From assembly GCA_001724265.1 (NCBI GenBank), contig MEDY01000288.1, positions 1-53,428 on the forward strand: DNA of 53,428 bases. The letters run 5' to 3'. The DNA comes from Rhizaria sp. SCN 62-66. Taxonomy: Eukaryota. Below are positions 1-12,307 of this stretch, in pieces. Position numbers and translations under genes: made by a program. How positions within the stretch are numbered: position 1 is the stretch's first letter; each line of letters starts with the position of its first letter. The notes below the pieces were generated by a model. The model ran no database searches. It was not told the origin of the DNA and saw only the letters and a program-made list of their open reading frames with translations.

Positions 1-495
1 ATGTGTCTGCTGCGCCTGCGGTCCGACCAGCGAGCGGACCAGTGGCTGCTGCGCCCGCTGCGTCCCTGCCAGAGAAGAAGAGTTGTGAAAACCAGTCGCA
101 GAGGCGCAGCTGTCCGAGATCGCGTTGTAGGTTGAGTCGGTTTTCTGGCCGATAGAGTGAGCGTCGACAGCGTCGGTCGAAAACTCATCATCCCCAGCGA
201 TGCGAGCCAGCCGTCGACGTTTCCACGGCTCCAAGCCATCCTTTCCTTGCCTCCGAGCGCCTTCCCGTGGCGGACCTCCTTGCCTCCTAGGCGATCCTTC
301 CCGCGCAACAGCGGACGCCCGACGATCACGGCCGGTGCGAAGGGTGTCGAACGAGCGAAAATGGGGGTTAGGGACAGCGGAGCCGGTGGAACTCGCAAGC
401 GAAGATGCGTAGGGCGTGTGTGCGGCAAGGCCACGCACTAGCCGTTTACTACCAGGCGACTGCAGCTCAGCGCAGAGCGGCTTTGAGGGTTTCAT
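1..495 (-). CDS. Partial hypothetical protein; 5' part of a gene running off the left edge
   Basis: Hand translation: ATG at 495 opens 165 stop-free codons to the window edge (MKPSKPLCAELQSPGSKRLVRG...GPQAQQTH). It is GC-rich, preceded by AT-rich DNA, and absent from the ORF track because it has no stop. No recognisable domain. Confidence 0.45.
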   Translation of the reverse strand, partial: MKPSKPLCAELQSPGSKRLVRGLAAHTPYASSLASSTGSAVPNPHFRSFDTLRTGRDRRASAVAREGSPRRQGGPPREGARRQGKDGLEPWKRRRLARIAGDDEFSTDAVDAHSIGQKTDSTYNAISDSCASATGFHNSSSLAGTQRAQQPLVRSLVGPQAQQTH

Positions 496-1002
496 TGTGG
501 CCAGAGCGGTGCCAAGGAACCTTCTGGAAAGCTTAAGAATAAAAAGGGAAGCAGGAAGGAATTAGCGTAGCTGTGGGATATGATGTTAAAGAATGCGTAT
601 GAAACTAAAGATTATACGATGTATTGTACATGTACGTCGTTACATTCGTCAATCTAGCGTTGCCATAGTCCACTACATGCACTCTTCTATGATTGCTCCA
701 AAATGACATCGCCCTAGCAACATCGTCAGCTTCTGCCCTCAAGGGCAGGAGTAACGTAAGGCCCACTCAAGGCTGATTCCGACCAAGTCAAATACCCACT
801 TAATGATCGTCACATGGGGTATTATTAAGCGTAATAGTGTATTAGTGCTTATACTAATATTAATTGTGTTACTCTTCCTAAGCTCATTGTTCTCACATCT
901 AACTCCTGCCCCCTACGTCAACTCTCTCTTTGAACCCTCCACACGGATATCCCTAAAAGGTCATGGCGTTCCCTACAGACTGCAAGGAGTGCGCACAAAA
1001 CC

Positions 1003-2087
1003 TCACTTGCGACGTAGAGACTTGTTCAGTGCCTCTTTGAGCTCCGCGTCAGTGATGCCGAACATCCTCCTGACATTGATCTCGAAGTGCGCCGGCATGG
1101 ACTTTCGTTGTGATAACACCACTTGCGGAACGACGCCCTGAGGTGGCTGCGAGCGGAGTTGCAGATGATCATCATGGCGCAGCTTTTCTAGCGGCCCACA
1201 AGCGCTGTGCTGCGCAGGAGCTGCACGTGCTTAGTGAATGTCTCGCCGGTCGACATGGCGCTGCTATTCACCTGAACGATCAAGTGCATTCTGTCTTGTT
1301 ATAGTTCGAAATGCAGTGATGAGCTTTTTGTACACGATGTTCATGTCTGGGTGGCGCTTGTAGTACTTGAGCCCCGCGTCGATTGCCTTCTTTGCCACCA
1401 CTGTACCGAGAGCCTTCTTCACGGCCTTCGCCGCGTCCGTCAGAGTCTCTGGCTTTGCAGCACGCGCGACTTCGCGGGTGCAGGAAGAACACCATCCTCT
1501 TCTTTCTCTTTTTTTTCGTCGTCATCGTCGTCGCGTGCGCTTGTCTCGCTTTTGGTCGCCCGCCTGCCCGCAGCCCGTGCCGACCCTTGCGCCGCCGGCT
1601 GCGAGCCGCCCTTCTTGGGCCGACCCCGCTTGCGCCGGGCCGCGCTGGTCTTAGCAGCGCGCTTGAGGCGGCGCGCGCTCGCCTTGTGGACGTTGCGGAT
1701 CTGCGTCCAAAAGCTTTTGCTGCCGCCCTCAAAAATGCTGTTAACCGCCTTAAGGATCGCGCCGTCGACCACGTCAACGCAACTGCTTGCGCAGGGGTGG
1801 TAAAGCACAGTCTTATAGTACGTCGCGTAGACTGCGTCGAGGTAGGCCTTCGATGCTTCTGCCCCCGTGCGGTCAGTGAGACCGAGAATTGTGTTCATGT
1901 GCTCCAGTGACTTGATGTCACCCGGCTCACGATAGCCTGCATGCCACTTGACCACCTCTTGCCCCTTCGCAACTTTGCCGCGCTTGCCGTTGATACGGTC
2001 ACCAAGCAGGCCATGCGTTGTGGCGTTGTCGGTGCGAGGCCCGATCTTGGTGAGCGCCGCCAGCTTGGCCTGGAGACCAGGCGTCAC
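1003..2087 (-). pseudogene. Frameshifted gene relic, possibly a pogo/Tc5-like DDE transposase fragment
   Basis: The 1440-2087 ORF has an AT-hook-like RKRGRPKK and an acidic patch. After a frameshift near 1465 it continues as AAKPETLTDAAKAVKKALGTVVAKKAIDAGLKYYKRHPDMNIVYKKL. After another shift near 1280 it reads VNSSAMSTGETFTKHVQLLRSTALVGR*KSCAMMIICNSARSHL, and a third shift gives MPAHFEINVRRMFGITDAELKEALNKSLRRK* (TGA 1005-1003). The middle piece resembles DDE_1 motifs. No TIRs found. Confidence 0.4.
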
Positions 2088-2397
2088 TCAGAATTTCAGG
2101 GAGTAGATGAAGTTTACATGCAAGGAGACCAAAAAATATGCTCAATTATGCTGTATATCGAAGACTGTTCTAGAATGTTCGACCATCGACAATCGGCTGT
2201 ACAATTGCACTTTTTTAAAACGGTCATCGAAAACAAAGAAACAAAAGATAAATGAATGAATACAAATAATTTACATAACTTAATTCAAACGTATGTTGAT
2301 GCTTTGAAGAACAGATCAAACTGGTCATAAAATATACAATAGATAAATTAGAATCGATTGAAGACGCCTTTAACGACGCTTTATGTGCACTTGCTGT

Positions 2398-5284
2398 TCA
2401 GCCAGTCTGGAGCAGGAGGAAGTAAGCGAAGACAAGGACGTGGCTGAGGTTGGCCGGCACCTTGCCCGCCAAGTCGCCGACGTTGCGCGGCCACTGCCAC
2501 CACTCGCCGCCGCTGCCACTGCTGACCACGTGCTCAGTCACAACAGGACTAGTCGATGCGTCAACACCCAAGTCGGTAACAGACATCTCGCTGTCATACG
2601 TCCCCACAGCCGCGGCGGCGCTCGCGTCCGAGCTCTTGTTCGTGCTCTGGCTCCTGTCCCTGCCCTTGCTCTTGCCCTTGGCGTGGCCCTTGATGTTGCT
2701 GCTGCTGTAGTGGTGTCCACCGCGCTTCAGCGTCGATGTGAGGCCGCCGTCCTGATGATCATTGTCGTCGTCGTCGTCGTCGCCATCGCTGTGCCGGTGC
2801 TCAAACACGTCGTGGGCCTCCGAGCCGCCGTCTTCGTCAGCGCAGTCGCCCCGGTGCCCCAGCCCGGCCGCGGCGTCGCCAGCGGCGTCGGCGGCGTCGG
2901 CGGCGTCCCCGTCGCTTTCGCTGACGCCAGCGCCGAACCGGAACGCAGGCCCCGAGCCGAAGCCCGAGCCCGGGGACGTGCAGTACGACGGCGCCACGGC
3001 CCCCACACCGCCCGCGGGGCCCGCCGTCACCGACACGGTCAGCCCTGCGCTCGCACTCGCGCTGCTTGCAGCGGCGCTGGCAGCGGTGGCGGACTGGCCG
3101 GCTGCGGCTGCGCTGGTGGTGGGCTCGAGGTCGAGCTCGTGTGACATGCTCGCGGGTAGCGGCGACTGGTGCGTCCCGCCGCGCGGCCGCAGCGCCTTGC
3201 GCCCTGTCTGGCCCCCCTGCGCCGCCGCAGCAGCGCTGGCGGCGCTCGCATCAGCGGTGTCAGCGTTGTTGATGTCAAGGTTGTTGTCAGACGACGTCGT
3301 AGCAGCTGCCACTGCTGCTGCTGTTGTGCACGTGGTCGCAGTAAGCGCAGCGCGCGCCGCCCGTGCCGCCGCAGCCGCAGCCGCCGCGGACACGGTCCCT
3401 GCGCCGGCGTCGCGCGCGCGCGAGCTCGACTGTGAGAAAGAGAACGAGCGGCTCATCCCGGCGCCGCCGCTGCCGCCGCCGCCGCCGACGGCGCCGCCCA
3501 GCTTGCCTCTGCCGGCGGCGACAGCGGCCGCAGCGGTCGCACCACCGATTCTGCCGCTGCCGACCGCCGCCGCGGGCGCCGTCGCGGGCCCCAGCGCGCC
3601 GGCCGCGCCGGCGGAGTCCGTGAAAGCCCCCACGGCCCGGGAGGAGCGCGAGAGCGCCGACGCGCGCTTGAGCAGCATGTGGCGCGCATAGGAGCGCATC
3701 TGGTGGCGCTCCTGGCGCGTGAGCGTGACAATGCGAACGTGGCGCACGAGCTTGAGCGCGAGCGCGGTGAGCGAGTAGAGCAGCGTGACAACGGGCAGTA
3801 GCGCCGCGCGCGGGTCCGCACTCTGCTGCACCGTCGCCAGCCAGCGCCGCAGCGCCAGCGCCACCACGGCGCGCGACGGCGGCGCCCGCAGCAGCCCACC
3901 CAGCGCGGCAAGCGCGCCGCCGACGGACAGGCCCGGCGACTGAGACGGCTGCGACGGGGCCTGCAGCAGCGACAACGCCAGCGGGGTCTGTCCGCCGCTC
4001 GCAGTGCTCGAAGCGGTTGCAGTGCTCGCAGCGGCACTTGCGTTTGTGGTGAAGTAGGGCAGCGAGGTGGTGGTGGTGCTGTAGGATCCAATGCCCGTGT
4101 TGCCGCTGTTGAACCCGTTGCCGGGATTGAAGCCGCTGGTGAGGAAACCGCTCGTGATAAACCCGCCGCCGATCGCGCTGTTGCCGCCGCCGCCGCCGCC
4201 GAGGTCGCCGAGAGTGAAGCCCGAGTCGACGAACTCGCTCTCGGCTGCAATGCCGCTGCTGCCGCCGCGGATGGCAACGCCGCCGGCGCCGACGCCGACG
4301 CCGACAAAGGACACGGGCGCGGGCGCCTGCGCGACCGGCGTGAAGGGCGTGAAGGATGAGAAAGACAGCGACTGCGGCGCGGCGGCGGGCGCCAGCGGCG
4401 GGGCAAGCCAGAAGAACCACGCGGCCGCGGCCGAGGCGGCGACAATGGCGCCGTGCGCGCGCGCGGGCCAGTAGAGCCGGAAGAACGAGAACAGGTTGCC
4501 GTAGAGCGAGTGCGGCACGGGCGGGGCAAGCGTGGCGACCGAGAACGGCAGCTCAGTGTCGGCCGCGCCGGCGCCGGCGCCGTCGCTGGGGCTGGCTGCC
4601 GCGGCGGCGAGCGCGGCGGGCGAGGGCCGGCGGCGGAAGCCCAGCAGGCGCGCCGTGAGTCGCAGCAGCAGGCGCGCGGCGCGGCGGAAGCCGCGGGCGC
4701 AGAGCGCAGCCGTGAGGGTCGACAGGCGCAGCAGCAGCAGGGCCAGCGCCGCGGGGGACGGGGCCGCGCGGAACGAGGCACAGGCGCGCGAGACGGCCGC
4801 GAGGAAGCCTGGCACGACGTCCATCGCCGGCGCGGGCGGCGCCGGTGTCGTCGCGGCCGCGGCGTCAATCGCGCCGCCGCTGCCGCCGTAAGCGCTGGCG
4901 TCAGTCAGACCGCTGGCGCCGGCAGCAGCGCTGCCATTATTGTTGTTGTTGCTGCCGCTGTTGCTGTTGTTGTTGCTGTTGTTGTTGTTGTTGCCGGCGA
5001 GCGGGACCGACGCGAGCGTCGCGGCCTCTGCCGTGGCCACGGCGGCCTGCCAATCGGCCTCCTCGTCGGCCTCGCTATCCAGGTCGTCGCACCCCAGCTC
5101 GCTGCCGCTCTCACCGATAACGGCGCCGACGACCCCGCCGGCGCGCGCGTCGGCGGAGACTCCGCCGCTGGCGGCGGCCGCGGCGGCGGAAACGGCGGCG
5201 GACACGAGCGCGCGGCGCCGCGCGGCAGCGGCGTCGGCGCCGCGCGTGGTGGAGCCGTCGTAGAGCGTCACCACCACGCCCGCA

Positions 5285-5315
<31 letters not shown>

Positions 5316-5883
5316 TGGTGCTGTTGTTGTGGCTGTGGCTGCTCGCGGCGGCGAGCGCAGAGCCGGCCGTCGCGCCGCTGCCGCTGCCAGCGGCGCCGGC
5401 ACCGCTGGCGCCGCTGCCGCTGCCGTCGGGGTTGAGGGAGAAGGCGTTCGTCGAGGGACCCAGCGTGAGGACCGAGGCCGAGCGCGCCATACTAGCCATG
5501 CGGGGGGTCGGGGCCGCCGCGGGCACGGGCGTCAATGCGGGGGCCGTCGTCGAGATCACGACCGGCCCTGTCGCGGTTGCAGTCGCAGTCGAAGTCGCAG
5601 CATGAGTCACTGGAGTCGCAGTGGCTGCCGACGCTGCAGGTGTCGTGATGTTGTTGTTGTTCACGGCGCTCTGCGGATTGCGTGTGGACACGGGGGCCGA
5701 GGTCGGGGGCGACACAAGGTCGTAGTCAGACGTGCCGGAGCCGGAGCCATTCGTGCTGGCCTTGTTTCCGTTATCGTTCGAGTCAGGCGTAGAGCTAGAG
5801 CTTGATGACGCAGGTGCCTTGTTGGCTGTTGCAGCGGCACCGGCAGCGGCTGTGTCAATGGTGGGGGGCTGCGGAGGCGGCAT
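2398..5883 (-). CDS. Hypothetical 1161-aa low-complexity protein with several hydrophobic (possible TM) segments
   Basis: Single long ATG..TGA ORF with the local GC3-rich codon style and AT-rich flanks. Hydrophobic stretches include IVAASAAAAWFFWLA, LLPVVTLLYSLTALAL and C-terminal HVLVFAYFLLL. No family recognised. Confidence 0.75.
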
Positions 5884-6589
5884 AAGGGGGGACAGCGGGG
5901 GCCAGAGGCCTGGGGCCAGAGGCAGGGCAAGAAATCAAAGGAATGAAGGAAAAGACTCGAGCTAGAGATCGAGGAGGGGCAGAGAGGATCTGCGTCCGGA
6001 GCTGTGGTGCGAGCAGATGAAGAAAATCGGGCAGAAAAGGATAATGATGAGTGTAACACACAATTAAGTCGCCGAAATAATAAATATAAGTTAAAATAGT
6101 CCAATGACATATGTTGTTTTTACTCATTGACGATAGGTAGACTAGGATAAAGGCAACAGATTGGCGTGGTCGGAGTGATACGAGAAGAGCAAGAGTTGGT
6201 TTCACAGGTCAATTGCACACACTGTCTGTCGTCAACTAGCGTTTTCAAAGATAGATCATACACATTGTAATGTCAAGCACTCGAATACGCGATTCGACGT
6301 CAACATAAGATCACTTATCGTGTTGTCCGCTCGGATTTGCTCTGTCACCACAGCCACCAACGAAGAGCAGCCGGAGCCCAACTTGAGTGGGCGACCGCGC
6401 TATATGCAATGTGCTATATCTCGCTCTAATGATCGTCAAATCAAATGTTAGTTTATTAAAAACATGCTCAGATATGTTTGTATATTATATTACTCGATTG
6501 TGGTCAAATTCTTTGTATATGTTGCGATATCCGTCCGCCCCTCCTTCGTAGCCGTTACCCTCTCTCATTACACATCTTACGTGTGCCGA

Positions 6590-9500
6590 ATGCACCGCCA
6601 GCGGGTTGTCGACGTGCCCCCGCCGTCGGACACGGCGCCCGTGAACTATCTCGCGCCACGTGGTTACCTGCTGCCGCCGCCGCGGCCGGCCCTGCCCACG
6701 GCTGACGAACTACGGGCGCTCGCAGTCGCCCGTGCTCGCGCTGCTGCTGCAACTGCCGCTGCGACGTCAGAGTCGGTGGCCGCGGCCAACGCAGCCGCTG
6801 AGGACGCGTTGTTTGACCGCAGTCCTGTGCAGTGGCTTGCGGGCAGCCTGCGGCACGATGCGGCCGCGGCTGCAGCGCCTAGGCGTCCTGTGACTGGGAG
6901 CAGGCGCAATGGTGCCGCGAGCAACACAAACGCTCCTCACAGTAACTCTGGCGTCAATAGCAGCGCTGCTGTCAACGTGATTGGTGCTGGTCTACAGAGG
7001 CAGCGACCACACACCGCCCATCCGCGTCAACAACAGCAACAGCTGCAACAGCAGCCGCAGCATCAAGTACTCACCCTCACGCAGGCACTCGCACAAGCAC
7101 ATGCACAAAAAACACAAGCGCTGGCGAATGCCAAAGCTGGCCCCGCTGAGAGCGATACGAAAACAAGCTATGTTGACAGCGATGGCGCAATGTTACCCGT
7201 CGGCACTGCTTTGATCGCGGCTAAACATGCTTTGCAGCAAGCTGACGCCGCCGCCGCAGCCGCAGCCGCAGCCGCCGCTGCCGCTGCAGCCGCGACTGCA
7301 GCTGCCTCTGCTGCGGCCAATGGCGCCGCCAACAACAAAGACGAGCTGGGGGCGTTTATGGAAGTCAAGCTGCCCCCGCAACCTGTGGTGAGCACGCGTG
7401 CGGGCCGCGGCCAGCGCGGCCAGCGACTGCTGAGACAGGGCAGTAGACTCGGACCGGGGCCGGGGCCGGGGCTGGGACCGGGAGTGGGAGTGAGTGCCGT
7501 TGCAAGCCATAACAGTAGCACCAGTGATGCGAGCGCGAGTGAGCTTATAGGGGCTCGTGGCTGTAGTGTCTACTTGCATACTAGCCGCGGGAACATGCTA
7601 CCAGCCGCGAGCACCGTGGGGCTACTTGACTACGGCAGCTCAAGCAACCGTGACAGTATTGGTGATAACGACGGCGGAACTTACTCGGCCGACAAAAGAG
7701 TAGCTTATTCTTTGAAAAACAGCTAGCAGTTGCAGGCGCAACTGCTACAGTGGCCGTCGCAGTCCCAGGCGCGCTTACCAGCACAGTCACGATCGCATGT
7801 GCAGCAGCAGGCACCCCTGCAGGCGCAGGCGCAGGCGCAGGTGCATGGACCGCTGGCGCTGCCGCTGAGGGCGTCTTTGACGCTGTCGCCGCTGCGCATT
7901 AAGCCAAACACGCTTGCCGCCGCGGCAGCAGCACTCGCCGAAGCCACACCTACAGCGACAACGCTCACGCAATCAATCCCCAAGACCCCGAAACCCAGCT
8001 TGGCCACACCGCGCAATGCGGGGACGAAGTTTGCCACAGACACCGACATCGCCGCCGCTGCGGCCGATGCAGCGGCGGCCGTCGCGCTGGCCCGCGCCCG
8101 CGCGACAGCGGCCCTCAATGCCGCCGTGGCCCGCGAGGAGGCCGAGCTCGCACGCAACCCGTACAAGCACTGTGCGACCTTCGCGGACAGCGGCGCCGGC
8201 GGCGACTTGAGTACGCCCGGTGCCGCGGGGGGCGCGAGTGGTGCTGCTGCTCGGAGCCGCGGCGCGGAGCCCGCGGCGCTGTTCGTGGAGGCGGCGACGC
8301 AGACCCCGCGCTTCAAGCAGCAGCTGGCCGCCACGGTGACGACGAGCGATGTGACGGCGGGCAAGGTCAAAGATGGCGGTGAGCGGCGGCAGTGGTGGCG
8401 GCGGGGCGGCGGCGCCGGACTTGGCGCCAACAACACCAACAGTAGTTCCGTCACAAGCAGTCGCGATAACAACACTGCCGACCTTACCACTCTCTGTGAC
8501 GACGATGGTGATACTGACGATGCATTGACGAACAACAATAGTGGCAGCACTGTCCACGGCCACTCTGCTGTGCACAGCCGTAGCCAGAGCAAGACTCTTG
8601 CTGAGCTGGCTACCTTGACTAAGGCCGGTGACACTGCCGCCGCCGCCGACCTCACTGCCGCGCTCGCTGCGCGCGCCCGCAGCAGCCGCGTCAATGCTAG
8701 CGGCGGGCGTCCCAACGGCAGCCGCATGCGTCCTCGCAGTGGTCTCATCACCGCAAACATTAACAGCACTGATTTCGCAAGTGGCGTGAGCGTTGATGCG
8801 AATGGCCGCAGTGTGACTCGGGCTCGGCCTGCAACCGCCCATGTCACAACGAGCAGCAGCAGTCACCAAGCGTATACGGCTTCCACGAACAGTGACTCTG
8901 CTTCGGGCATTAGCGACGCGAAAGCTAGTTTGAGCGCTCAGTACCGCGGAGTTGTGTCTCTGCCCGTGTCGGTGAGGCTGCGGCGACTGGCTTCCGCAAG
9001 GGCGGCGGTGCGGTGCACGACAGCGGTAGCATCGGCAACAGCGGTAACTGGCAAGGATACTGAGCCAGAACGTACCGCTGAGCATGTCAGTGCGGTGGTT
9101 GCAGACGAAGACGCTGAGAATGAGACAGGTGCAGGAACAGAAACTGGCGAAAGGTCTGACACGAATGCGGCTGAATCACAAAGTTGTATCGCCGACGGAG
9201 GCAATCAGAATGGTTGTCTTACAGCACGAGAGGATGAACCAACTATTGCGAGCAGTTATTTGACAGCAACTTCACGGTCTTCTCATGCGTCTGAATGTCA
9301 CTTAGATCAGCGCCCCAAGTTACCCTCGGTGAAGAGGCTTGACTTGATGGCAGCCCGTCTGCGCCAACTTGAAACGAAGACTCTATCAAGCACTCATACT
9401 ACAAATGTGGAGATTGCTGCTGATTTGACTGCCGAAAGAACGAATCGCATGATTCCTGTGACCGTAACCAAGACTGAGGCTGCTCCGTTCAAAGACTTGG

Positions 9501-11875
9501 TAGCACTCGCTACTCCTCGCAAGCATCAAGACCATGTAACGTCTGCTCGGTCTATTCGCGGTTTCACCTCAAACGAAAACCACACACACGTTGCAGTCAA
9601 TAATGACATTAACGACGAAGGCGACAGTGGTGGCGACAGGGGCAACGACAACGCTAAAAGCGTCTGTGACGGCGTCAGCGACAGTGTTAGTGCTAGTGCT
9701 GCAGACAGCGCTGGAGACGGAGAAATGGCTGCTGAGGCGCTCTGGCAACAGCGGCTGCGGCTGATGCGCGCAACCCACGAGAAGATAGAGCTGGATCTGC
9801 ACGCGCGGCGCGTGCGCGCGCTCCAACGCGCGCTCCGCGAGCATGTGAACGCGCGCGCTAACGACATCCACAACAGCAGCGCCAACGCCGGCGCCGTAGT
9901 AGCGCGGCGGGGGGGCGCAGCGCTCGTGCGCGCACCCGGCGGTTTCCACGTTATGGGCATGACTGCTCACGGTCACACGGCGGACAGCTACTATGGGCGA
10001 AGCGGGGGGACGCAGGCGCTTGTCGTGCCTGCGGGGCCCGGGCGCGTTGCAGTGCACTCGTCGCTGCTTCAAGCGCATCAGTAGCAGCACGATCGCCAGC
10101 AAGACGGTAATCAGCATCGACGGGACGCATTTAGTGCTGGCTCTGATGCGTTGTTGTCCGAAACAGATGTGTCAGCAGCGCCGCAACCAGCCGCGGCAAT
10201 AGCACCTGCGCCGACCTTCCTTTTGCCCGGCGAGGGCCGCAATGAGCGCGACGCCGACGCTGCGGCCGCGGTTCTGGCGGCCAAAACTACCACGGCAAGC
10301 GCGAGTGCAAGTGTGAGTGTTGTCAACGGAACTGTACTCTCAAGGCCTGCGCAACGACAAGGACGACGGGTGCGGCCGGCGACAGCCGCCGGCGTTGCGG
10401 GCTGTGACAGCAGCAGTAATGTGATTTGCTTTAGTCGCCTCAAGGCGAATGCACACATCTTCACCAACGACTACTACAACAGCACGCCCGAACCTAATAG
10501 CACAAACACCGACGCCAATACCAATGCCGACGTCAAGCATGTTCAGAAGCAACAGCCACGCGCTGAGCGCGGCTTCACCACTGCGGGCGTCAGGCACAGG
10601 CGCAGCAACAACAACGCAAGTGACTGTGACAAGGGGACGTGGGTGGTGTTGCCCCCTGGCAAGCAGGGGGAACGCATTTTGTGGGGCATCAGCAATAGTC
10701 GCAGCAACGTGAGCAATCAAAACACCAGCACTCGCGAGAGCAGCACAACAATGAACCGCACCCACAGTCGCGACAACTTAAACAAGAGCGCGAGTACTGC
10801 TAAGAACAGTGAAGATGTCTCCGGCAGTGATACCAACTCGCTCGCGCATGTTCCTGGTGCTCTTCTTTCTGATCTTGCTCGCACTACGACTGGTAAGTGT
10901 ACGTGCAATGGCGAGTGCAAGTGCAGTACATCGTCTCAAGAGGCACTTAGACCTATTCAGGTCGACAAACTTCTGCGCACGGTCACGTCAACTCTTGTCA
11001 ACGGCGGTCTAACTGCCCCCAGCACTGACATCAATACCGATATTGACACCACACTAATGGCGCTGAAAGAGCGCCTGGCCCTCGCGTTCCCCAATGCGAC
11101 AACTACACAGCTCCTCCAGCAGACGCGACAACAACTGCAAATAAAGGCTGAACGCGAACACAGTGTCAGTGCTGTTGCGCTGCCAGTTGCAGCAGCGACA
11201 TCAATGTCAATCAATGCGCCAGTAATTGAGCCTGTGACACAAAGTGTTGCCGATGCGGTACCCTCCACAGCTGTTGTTACAGAAACGACTGCGAATATGG
11301 ACGCAAGTGCAAGTGTTGTAAACAGCGCAAGTACTGCTGATAGACGGCTGAGCTTTGAAGTGAAACCTCTTGATCTGGCCGGCATCCAACAAGACGGAAC
11401 AAGAACACGTGTTAATGATTTTGCTGCAACGGCAAACACCTCCGTTAGCACGAATCAGAGTCAGAATAAGAGTCTAATTCAAAGTCAGCAGCACACTCAG
11501 CAGCCGCTGTCTCTATTGGTGCACAGGCGCGGCGCCGCGGCTTTCGTGCGCGCCCGGCAGGGCGAGCGCGAGGGCGGTGGCCGTGGAGATGATGACGATG
11601 GCGACGAGGATGACGACGGCAATGTTGGTGACGACAGCGGCGATGAACGTGACGACATTCACAACAATAGCAACGTTACATTGATGACTACTGCGGCGAC
11701 GAAAGCAAAGGAAACGTCACCTCTGAAGCGCCCACTTGCTGGTCGTGTAGAGATTGACTTAGCAAAGCTACTGCCGGCCGAGGGCGATGAAGACGGCGCC
11801 TTCAGTGCAGTGCGCGCGATGCCGCTGCTGCAGGAGCTTCGGAACCAGCTTCGCAACGGGCGCGAAGGGCAGTGA
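6590..11875 (+). CDS. Hypothetical ~1761-aa low-complexity protein in one frame with two internal TAG codons (7724-7726, 10082-10084)
   Basis: ORF-track entries 6464-7726, 7730-10084 and 10151-11875 share one frame. The gaps translate openly (CAG; QHDRQQDGNQHRRDAFSAGSDA). ATG 6590 sits at the AT-to-GC transition, and TGA 11873-11875 is followed by AT-rich DNA. Confidence 0.6.
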
Positions 11876-12307
11876 GAACTGTGTATATAACGAATGATCA
11901 ACATTACAAAAGGATATATAATAACTAATTTTACATATTTTAAATACAAAATAACTAGTTTTAACTGGAAAATACTAATAATAACCATAAACAAGTGAGA
12001 TATACGATGAATATCATGATCACCACAAACGCGTTTTTCCGTGTTGCGCCGATTTGCGACCTTCCAGGACGTCCAAAACCCGTTGCGAGATCTCGACTCC
12101 TGCTTCAAACCTTCAACAGATCGTGTTTTAAACGTCGGACCTTGAAATCGCACTACTTTAAATATATTTTCATAAATCGCTAGCTTCACTGTCTTTGTCT
12201 GAGCTGCTCCAGGCACATTCCCCTTACCAGTGCTATCCTCACCTCAAACCTCACTCCACCGTTCTCCGTCACTCCCGATCTCCCGCACAACAGTCCGCCG
12301 TTTTAAG

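Noticed and set aside
731-750. Hairpin CTGCCCT-CA-AGGGCAG near the relic
   Set aside because: Short enough to be chance and not part of a matching TIR pair.
7700-7729. 27- or 30-nt in-frame GT..AG micro-intron (GTAGCT...CTAG/CAG) that would remove the first TAG
   Set aside because: The donor does not fit the local GTNCG consensus, all other introns are 107-429 nt, and it does not explain the second TAG. Disfavoured but not excluded without RNA data.
12230-12307. Upstream non-ATG or extended starts in the ORF track (NEMF 12230, aroC 28244, CPI1 43480, CCCH 45598, 6464)
   Set aside because: These come from UTR or intron sequence or bacterial-style start calling; conserved N-termini and composition support the ATGs I used.
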